Assembly (NCBI GenBank): GCA_016841525.1
Contig: JAENYZ010000006.1
Coordinates: 180,509 to 244,508 of the forward strand
Reading direction: 5' to 3'
Origin: Anaerolineaceae bacterium
GTDB lineage: Bacteria; Chloroflexota; Anaerolineae; Anaerolineales; Anaerolineaceae
DNA: 64,000 nt
Part shown: positions 7,981 to 14,054 of the stretch, piece after piece
Layout: every line of letters starts with the position of its first letter
Position numbering within the stretch: the first letter of the stretch is position 1
The notes under the pieces: generated by a model
Database searches by the model: none
What the model was told of the DNA's origin: nothing
The model's input: the letters and a program-made list of their open reading frames with translations, nothing else
Made by a program: the position numbers and the translations under genes

Positions 7981-9111
7981 TTATTTCTCGATAAAAATGA
8001 TGGGAATAATTAGATCGGCGGCTGTTAAGGTGCCATGGTTTCCGCCGTCCTCTGTTTTGTGCATGCCATGGTCGGCAAAGATTGTGATCAGGGTGTCTTC
8101 TGGCAGCCTTATGAAAATTTCTTCCAAATAACTGTCAACCTGGATAATAGATGCTTCATATTCTGAAGAAAAAGGTCCGTATTGATGCCCCATATCGTCG
8201 ATGTCATGAAAATGAATATAAAGCAAATCTGGCATATCCGAGAGGATGACTTCAAGGCTGTTTTCAAAGACATTATCATTTGTGATGCCATTTTCATCCC
8301 GATCACCGCTTAAAATTGTTTCAGCATTTCTCAAGTTGAATGCCAGGCTGTGTCCTTCTACAGCGATTACCGATTTACTATTTTCTGCAAAAAGATCAAA
8401 AAGGGTTTTGGATGTGGTCTTGCGATAACCATAACCATAAACTTTGTTTTCTTTTGGCAATGTACTGGTTAAAAGCGCTGCTGATGAGGATGTTGTAATG
8501 GGTGGAAATACCGTTATTCCCTGCTGAACCCCGTTTAATTGCTCAAAGAAAGGTAATTTTCCCGTATCAATTAATGATGTGAGGATATCGTAATTAAGAC
8601 CATCCAGGAAAATCATGACGGCATGATCCCAAATGCCTGATTCGGTCAAACGAACCTGGCCATTGGCGTTGGGTAATTCTGGCAAAGTAAAGGCATAAGC
8701 AATGGTCGGGGCAATATCCATAATTGAGTAATAATTGGAAATTGAAGGCGCATCAATTTCAATTTGATCCGCGGATATCATTTTGTCGTCTTCCAATGTG
8801 ATTTCACCGGATTCTCGAATTGTTGCTGTCTCACCTATTTCATCCCAGACATAGGTTAAGCTTGCTTCGCTTTCTGATATGAATGTGATTTCATCTACGA
8901 GGGTGTAGCCAAGATCATATAACATTTGACCCAGGGGGATTTCACTGGTTTCTTCCTCGTAATTATCGATATAGAATTTGACGCTTTCTTGATTGATCAC
9001 GCCAATATTGCGTCCATCTTCAAAGACCTCGATTTTCCAGGCAGGTTTACAGGCAGAAAATAAGAAAACAAAGGACAGCAAGAGGATGATTTTTGTTTTG
9101 TTTTTTATCAT
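7981..9111 (-). CDS. Lipoprotein: N-terminal module copy plus a nucleotide pyrophosphatase/phosphodiesterase (alkaline-phosphatase superfamily) domain
   Basis: Lipobox LFSAC|K. AlkP/NPP motifs: VMIFLDGLNYD (metal Asp), PPITTSSSAALLT (Thr/Ser nucleophile region), HFHDIDDMGHQYGP and IFADHGMH. Confidence 0.7.
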   Translation of the reverse strand: MIKNKTKIILLLSFVFLFSACKPAWKIEVFEDGRNIGVINQESVKFYIDNYEEETSEIPLGQMLYDLGYTLVDEITFISESEASLTYVWDEIGETATIRESGEITLEDDKMISADQIEIDAPSISNYYSIMDIAPTIAYAFTLPELPNANGQVRLTESGIWDHAVMIFLDGLNYDILTSLIDTGKLPFFEQLNGVQQGITVFPPITTSSSAALLTSTLPKENKVYGYGYRKTTSKTLFDLFAENSKSVIAVEGHSLAFNLRNAETILSGDRDENGITNDNVFENSLEVILSDMPDLLYIHFHDIDDMGHQYGPFSSEYEASIIQVDSYLEEIFIRLPEDTLITIFADHGMHKTEDGGNHGTLTAADLIIPIIFIEK

Positions 9112-9113
9112 TT

Positions 9114-10034
9114 CTAATTTGACTCGATTTCCACAATTTGAGTTGGCCAGACGCTTCTTCCACGATCTGGTAAGACGAGGGTAACCTCATCTTTGACGAT
9201 TGCGATGATTGCATTTTGAATTTCATCTGCCGTTAATTCTATAACCTCACCGTTAGAATCTGTGATGATAACGACATCCGGAGAAGTGGTCTTTAGCAGG
9301 TCCAATAGTCTAGGCCCTTCAACCCAGTTTGCGACCATTGCATGGCTCAGGTTCCCAGTATCATCGGAAAGCATGACATCTGATCCTTCGACTGTTAACC
9401 GCATTGTGTCCCCTAATAACAGCCTTCCAATCGAAGTCGCTTCACCATCAATCGTGAGGGGTCTGTCTTTCCCAACAATCGTGATCCGATTGATGCCTTT
9501 CAGCCAGGTTGAATTATGAATGGTTTCTGTTATAAAACGAACGCCATCAATATAAGGAACTAACATCGCCGTTTCATCGAGGTATTGGTATTCGATTGTC
9601 GTTAATCCACCATCATTGGTTATGAATGTTACGGTTTCAAACTCCTGGACGCCGTGCATTTCCAGAAAATTTAGTAATGTGATATGTGTCCCTAAATTTT
9701 CTTGATCAGGAATGACCTGATGGATCCTCACAAAGCTTGGGTCTGGAACATCTCCTGTTAATTCGACGATCTCAGAAAATGGGATATTTGTTAGTTCAAC
9801 AGACCCATGTTCGTCATGACAGGTTTCGCAGGAATGAAAATCCACTGAATCATGGCATTCTGCACATTCGTTCATCTCCAATCCCTCTTTCCAGAGCAAG
9901 CCCAAGCCGTATTCCTGCAGTAAAGAAACTGGCATTGGTTTTGCAGTGATGACAAGCGCGATGATCACACCAAATAACGAAATGGTGAAAACGATAAGAA
10001 AGATGATGATAGGCTTTGATTGATACTTCTTCAT
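9114..10034 (-). CDS. N-terminally membrane-anchored protein with two CXXCH motifs followed by two module copies
   Basis: One TM helix (IIIFLIVFTISLFGVIIALVI), then ECAECHDSVDFHSCETCHDEHG (9816-9866), then two module-like segments. Start set to ATG 10034 (ATGA overlap with the EcfT stop, GGAG 7 nt upstream) rather than 10046. Confidence 0.6.
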   Translation of the reverse strand: MKKYQSKPIIIFLIVFTISLFGVIIALVITAKPMPVSLLQEYGLGLLWKEGLEMNECAECHDSVDFHSCETCHDEHGSVELTNIPFSEIVELTGDVPDPSFVRIHQVIPDQENLGTHITLLNFLEMHGVQEFETVTFITNDGGLTTIEYQYLDETAMLVPYIDGVRFITETIHNSTWLKGINRITIVGKDRPLTIDGEATSIGRLLLGDTMRLTVEGSDVMLSDDTGNLSHAMVANWVEGPRLLDLLKTTSPDVVIITDSNGEVIELTADEIQNAIIAIVKDEVTLVLPDRGRSVWPTQIVEIESN

Positions 10035-10816
10035 AGAGTTCTCCAATAATTCAAAAGAAATAAACTGCCAAAGTAAAATATCAAAATCAAGCTGACAAAT
10101 AAATCAAGTCGAGTTGCTTTTGGGGCTCTGTGAAACGTTCGTTCAGTTTGCCTTCCAAAACCTCTTCCTTCCATACTGAATACCAGCTTATCCGTTCGAC
10201 GAAGTGCGCTAATCAGAAGGGGTGTCAAGAATTGTTTGATAAGATTCAGGATTTTAATAACGCTTCCCTGGTCGTACCGAACACCACGTAGAAGCTGTGC
10301 TTTATAAATGATTTGTCCCTCTTCTTCAAGGATGGGTGCCAACCTTATTGCGGTCACAAGCATAAACCCATACCGGTAAGGTAAACCAATTTTCATCAAT
10401 GCATATGCAATGTCATTGGGTTTTGTGGTCAGGATAAAGAGATAACTCGAAAAAATGATCAATAGAAAACGACTGCTTATGAGTAAGCCCAGATTAAGTC
10501 CGTTTGATGTAATCTGTAAAAAACCGATACCAGGATCCAGAAGATTTTTACCTTGTTTATCAAAGAGAATATAAAGCACAAAGAGCATGAGGCCTGTTGC
10601 TAAAGCCATTCGAAAGCCTCTCACTGTTAAGATATCGGGTTTGATCAACAACAGCAGGATTAAGCTAAAGAAAGCAGTGATGGCGAGCAGTTCCGCCCAG
10701 TTTACGATGAAGGCAAAAGTTGTAGTGAGCAGTAGCCAGGTAAATTTTGTTATTGGATAAAGACGGTGCAAAAGGCTGTGACCAGGGGAGTAGGTGAGCT
10801 TATGCATAGATTTCAC
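10031..10816 (-). CDS. ecfT: ECF transporter transmembrane component EcfT (CbiQ family)
   Basis: About 260-aa polytopic protein with EcfT coupling motifs IIYKAQLLRGV..LISALRRTDKLVFSMEGRGF. It overlaps the ATPase gene end; the start could be 10816 or 10807. Confidence 0.8.
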   Translation of the reverse strand: MKSMHKLTYSPGHSLLHRLYPITKFTWLLLTTTFAFIVNWAELLAITAFFSLILLLLIKPDILTVRGFRMALATGLMLFVLYILFDKQGKNLLDPGIGFLQITSNGLNLGLLISSRFLLIIFSSYLFILTTKPNDIAYALMKIGLPYRYGFMLVTAIRLAPILEEEGQIIYKAQLLRGVRYDQGSVIKILNLIKQFLTPLLISALRRTDKLVFSMEGRGFGRQTERTFHRAPKATRLDLFVSLILIFYFGSLFLLNYWRTL

Positions 10817-12299
10817 TCAATCTCTTATTGGGAACAAATGAATCAAAACCCGAGGTTCTTAAGGTTTCAAAAGCTAAATCTACAGGCTGGTCCAGTAAAA
10901 TTCTTCCCTCATCAAGGAAGATCAAACGACGACAAAAAGTTTCGGTAAGCTGGGGATGATGGTTTACTAATAAAACAGAATTTCCAAGTTTCGTATAGTC
11001 ATAAAGAATGTTCATCCAGATGATTGCATTCGCCATATCCTGACCAATTAATAATTCATCAATTATGAGAAGCCTTGGGTTGTGAAGCATGGCTGCTAAT
11101 AGATTCAAGCGTCGTTTTTCACCATAACTCAGACGTTGTGGGTGATCATCCACTCGATCTAACAATTCAATTTGTTTGAGCCAATTTTTCGCTTGATTTA
11201 CGATGTCTTCTGTAAGAAACTTGAGATTTTTTGATGTGAATATCAATTCATCCAGAACAGATTGCGTAAATAATTGGTGATCTGGATTTTGAAAAATATA
11301 TCCTACATCTTTTACGAGTTCGGATGTTCTAATATTTGGGGATGCCTGGTTGAAAAAGCGAAGGCTTCCACTGCTTGGCCGATGAAAACCAACCAAAGAT
11401 TGTAGTAAAGTGCTTTTCCCACTTCCGTTTGGTCCCATAAGGGCAATAAACTCGCCAGGAGCAATTTTGAAATTAATGCCCTGGAGAATAATTTTGTCCT
11501 GAATTTTCACTTCAAGGTTTTCCGCATCTACCAAAATGCCATTGTTTTGATTTTGATGAGAAGTTCTCCCAGTAAAGGAGAGATTTATCCTGTTGCTGGA
11601 TTCAGAAAGATATTGGTCATTTCCAAAGGGTTTGATTTCACCCTGGTCAAGCATAAATAATTTTGGATTTAGATCTAGAAGTTGGGATAATTTATGCTCA
11701 AATATGATTACAGTCAAACCCATAGACTGGTGTAAGCTGTGAAGGGTTTGGAAAATATTTCGGGTAGCTATGGGATCTAAATTTGATGTCGGTTCATCAA
11801 GGATCAGCAAGTCAGGCGATAGGGCAAGCATGGATGCAATCGCGACCTTTTGCTTTTCTCCGCCTGATAGCGTCGCTAAGTCGCGGCCTCTGAGGTTTAA
11901 ACCTCTGACAATCGCCAGTGATTTATTAATTTTGTCTTCGATTTCATCTGGTGTAACACACAAGTTTTCAAGACCAAAGGCAATTTCATCGTCAACATTG
12001 AGTGTGCAAAATTGATCTTCAGGGTTTTGCTGAACATACCCAACTTTTCTGCTGGCTTCATAAAGGGGGAGCTGGGTCATATCTTCGCTGTTGATAATAA
12101 TTTTTCCTGAATAATTTGCTGTATCATCCTGAAATAAAAAACCTGCCAGGGCTGTACCGAAGGTTGATTTTCCACAGCCAGACTTACCTGTGATCACAAC
12201 GAAATCGCCGCGATAGATTTCAAAATGCAAATCACGAAACACAGGTGTATCCTCACCAGGATATGTATAAGAAAAATCACTTACCTTGACCCAGCTCAT
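10800..12299 (-). CDS. ECF transporter ATPase, fused EcfA-EcfA'
   Basis: Cassette 1: GKSGCGKST, LSGGEKQKVAIA, LILDEPTS. Cassette 2: GPNGSGKST, LSYGEKRRLNLL, LIIDELLIGQD. Confidence 0.85.
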   Translation of the reverse strand: MSWVKVSDFSYTYPGEDTPVFRDLHFEIYRGDFVVITGKSGCGKSTFGTALAGFLFQDDTANYSGKIIINSEDMTQLPLYEASRKVGYVQQNPEDQFCTLNVDDEIAFGLENLCVTPDEIEDKINKSLAIVRGLNLRGRDLATLSGGEKQKVAIASMLALSPDLLILDEPTSNLDPIATRNIFQTLHSLHQSMGLTVIIFEHKLSQLLDLNPKLFMLDQGEIKPFGNDQYLSESSNRINLSFTGRTSHQNQNNGILVDAENLEVKIQDKIILQGINFKIAPGEFIALMGPNGSGKSTLLQSLVGFHRPSSGSLRFFNQASPNIRTSELVKDVGYIFQNPDHQLFTQSVLDELIFTSKNLKFLTEDIVNQAKNWLKQIELLDRVDDHPQRLSYGEKRRLNLLAAMLHNPRLLIIDELLIGQDMANAIIWMNILYDYTKLGNSVLLVNHHPQLTETFCRRLIFLDEGRILLDQPVDLAFETLRTSGFDSFVPNKRLSEIYA

Positions 12300-12302
12300 C
12301 GA

Positions 12303-13682
12303 TTAATTAATTTCTATACTTGAAACAGGGTAAACAAGAACATCACCGGTCATTTCAGCAAGCACATAACTGATTCCTTTGTCCTCAATCAAAATGAATA
12401 ACCGAATGTCGTTATTTTGGTCAATTTTCTCCCAATCAAGCGTGAGATTTTGCCCTGTTTCTGATTTGAAGAGGACTTGGGATATGTTACTTCCTGTTGC
12501 TGATGCTTCAATGACTTTCCACACGGGCACACCCTGAAGCTTCTGAGATCCTTCAGGAAGTGCAATTTGTGTACTGTCCATCTCTGATATCCAGTTTTTA
12601 GCTTCAAATAAAAATATTCCACCCTGCGGCATATTGACTTCGAGTGCTTTAGCAGCAATCAACCGAATTTCTATTACATTCCGAACCCAGGCTTTATTAC
12701 TTTCTGGCCCGACAATATCAAATGAGGCATTTTGGCCACGTCCTTGTTGAACCAGAAGAATGTTTTCATTTTCAATAAGTTCTTCAAGGCTAATCATGAA
12801 GGCATAGCCATCAGATGCTTCAATCAGGATGGTGTTGGTGTCTTTATTAGGTTCCGCATAATTAATAATCTCACTCAATTGGAAGCCTTCGTATGAAGTG
12901 AGAACGCCGCGATAATCCATTTGGCGAGAGATTTTATTAATTTTTAGTTCGTTATTTGGAAATTCAATGGCATTTTCTACTGCGCCTGAAATTTTAACGG
13001 TTTCAGCACCTTTAAGTGTTGTTAACAAAATGGATATAAAGGCTGCAGCAAATATCAACGCACTGAACAGGATGATCCATCCCAATTTTTGCAGCTTTTC
13101 TTTTTGTGTTGGCAATTTTACAACGCCAGCATTTGTGAGCATATTGATCAACCAATAAGGCAAAAGTCCTGCAAAGACGAAACCTGAGAGAGCAGCCAGA
13201 AGGAATAAGATCGCAATAGCACTCAAGCCGAGAATATTTAATGGTATGGTCGCAAATATTTGAAAAACCAGAACATTGGATCCTGATGCCAATCCACCTG
13301 CGAGCAGATAAGCAAGCAAGGACCTTTTATTGCGAAACAAAAGAAATCCGAAATCAACCAAAATTCCAGCAATCAGATCGACCAATAAGATAATGATTCC
13401 ATGGCTGTTCCCACTAAAAAGTTCGACGGCACCTTTTAAGATGCCCATGACAATGCCCGTCCCTGGCTTTTGAATAATCCCAAAGGCAATTACAATCCAC
13501 AGGACGTGCAATCCAGCTGCCCATTGTGTCCCGCCCGGGAAACCAAGGGCTGCCTGAACAAGATCACCAAGTGCGTTGATATAAGTGCCGGTGACACCTC
13601 CAAGTGCCGCCAGCACAGCCATAATTAACAAATTGTGGGTTGAAAAATAAAAGGATTTGTTATTTCCTTCTTGTGTTGTCAA
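12303..13682 (-). CDS. ECF S-component-like membrane core fused through an extra TM helix to two extracytoplasmic module copies
   Basis: TTG start 8 nt after AAGGAG. About 190 aa of small hydrophobic helices (..GGVTGTYINALG..AAGLHVLWIVIAFG..) are followed by TM helix LGWIILFSALIFAAAFISILL. Then come SYEGFQLSEIINYA..LIEASDGYAFMISL and KLQGVPVWKVIEA.. Confidence 0.6.
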   Translation of the reverse strand: MTTQEGNNKSFYFSTHNLLIMAVLAALGGVTGTYINALGDLVQAALGFPGGTQWAAGLHVLWIVIAFGIIQKPGTGIVMGILKGAVELFSGNSHGIIILLVDLIAGILVDFGFLLFRNKRSLLAYLLAGGLASGSNVLVFQIFATIPLNILGLSAIAILFLLAALSGFVFAGLLPYWLINMLTNAGVVKLPTQKEKLQKLGWIILFSALIFAAAFISILLTTLKGAETVKISGAVENAIEFPNNELKINKISRQMDYRGVLTSYEGFQLSEIINYAEPNKDTNTILIEASDGYAFMISLEELIENENILLVQQGRGQNASFDIVGPESNKAWVRNVIEIRLIAAKALEVNMPQGGIFLFEAKNWISEMDSTQIALPEGSQKLQGVPVWKVIEASATGSNISQVLFKSETGQNLTLDWEKIDQNNDIRLFILIEDKGISYVLAEMTGDVLVYPVSSIEIN

Positions 13683-13684
13683 AG

Positions 13685-13710
13685 AAAAAGCTCCTTCCAG
13701 AAAAAGGAGC
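13685..13710 (-). terminator. Terminator / RBS-sequestering hairpin of the leader
   Basis: GCUCCUU-(7 nt)-AAGGAGC followed by UUUUUCU, then the TTG start. The 3' arm is the Shine-Dalgarno sequence. The 5' arm (CUCCUUUUU) can alternatively pair with the aptamer's 3' strand GGAAAGGAG. Confidence 0.7.
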
Positions 13711-13754
13711 GCACAAAAACAAAACGATCTATAATTTATCGTGTTGTTGTGTTG

Positions 13755-13849
13755 ATCTCCTTTCCAAATACGGGAGGCAAGTACGTTTCCATTCTTACCC
13801 TATCGGTCTGAGTGCCATAGCAGCACATTAGGCAAGCAGACTCGAAGAT
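13755..13849 (-). promoter_or_regulatory. Candidate riboswitch aptamer, resembling the Moco (molybdenum/tungsten cofactor) RNA motif
   Basis: The minus-strand RNA is AUCUUCGAGUCUGC..UAUGGCACUCAGACCGAUAGGGUAAGAAUGGAAACGUACUUGCCUCCCGUAUUUGGAAAGGAGAU. P1 pairs AUCUUC with GGAGAU. Internal helices are GUCUG/CAGAC and GGUAAG/CUUGCC. The islands CGAG, GGCACUC, GCCUCCC and GAAAGGAG appear in the order I recall for RF01055. This rests on my memory of the consensus, not a covariance-model score. Confidence 0.5.
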
Positions 13850-13876
13850 ACTACAACTAATTATTCGATTATTGAT

Positions 13877-13904
13877 ATTTTAACACAGGCAGTCATTCGG
13901 TCAA
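13877..13904 (-). promoter_or_regulatory. Sigma-70-like promoter for the second ECF operon
   Basis: Minus strand reads TTGACC (13899-13904), a 16-nt spacer, then TAAAAT (13877-13882). Confidence 0.6.
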
Positions 13905-13968
13905 GGTGCTGAATATCATGCATTTCTTGTGAGAATGATTAAGATTGGTATGTATAGCTTCATAAACC

Positions 13969-13995
13969 CAATGCCCCAGGGTCGCTGGGGCATTG
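13969..13995 (-). terminator. Hairpin terminator after the TPR-C25 gene
   Basis: 10-bp perfect stem caatgcccca / tggggcattg with a 7-nt loop, about 60 nt after the stop at 14055. The downstream GGUUUAU tract is weak. Confidence 0.5.
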
Positions 13996-14054
13996 TTATC
14001 TCATGTGGCATTTTAGAGACACTCAGGAGATTTGAATGGTTTGCCACAAGGGTT

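Noticed and set aside
13640-13831. A 63-aa plus-strand ORF in the 13.7-kb intergenic region, and the 62-68-aa ORFs at 6740-6992.
   Set aside because: They overlap structured riboswitch leaders on the opposite strand, start with TTG or weak contexts, and have Cys/Arg-rich improbable sequences.
13683-13870. The possibility that the second ECF leader is another cobalamin riboswitch.
   Set aside because: It lacks the GGUGAAANUCC / CCCGC-ACUGUAA core and a B12 box, which are obvious in the 6694-6945 element. The TPP (CUGAGA..ACCUGAUCUGGAUAAUGCCAGCG), FMN, THF and preQ1 cores are also absent.
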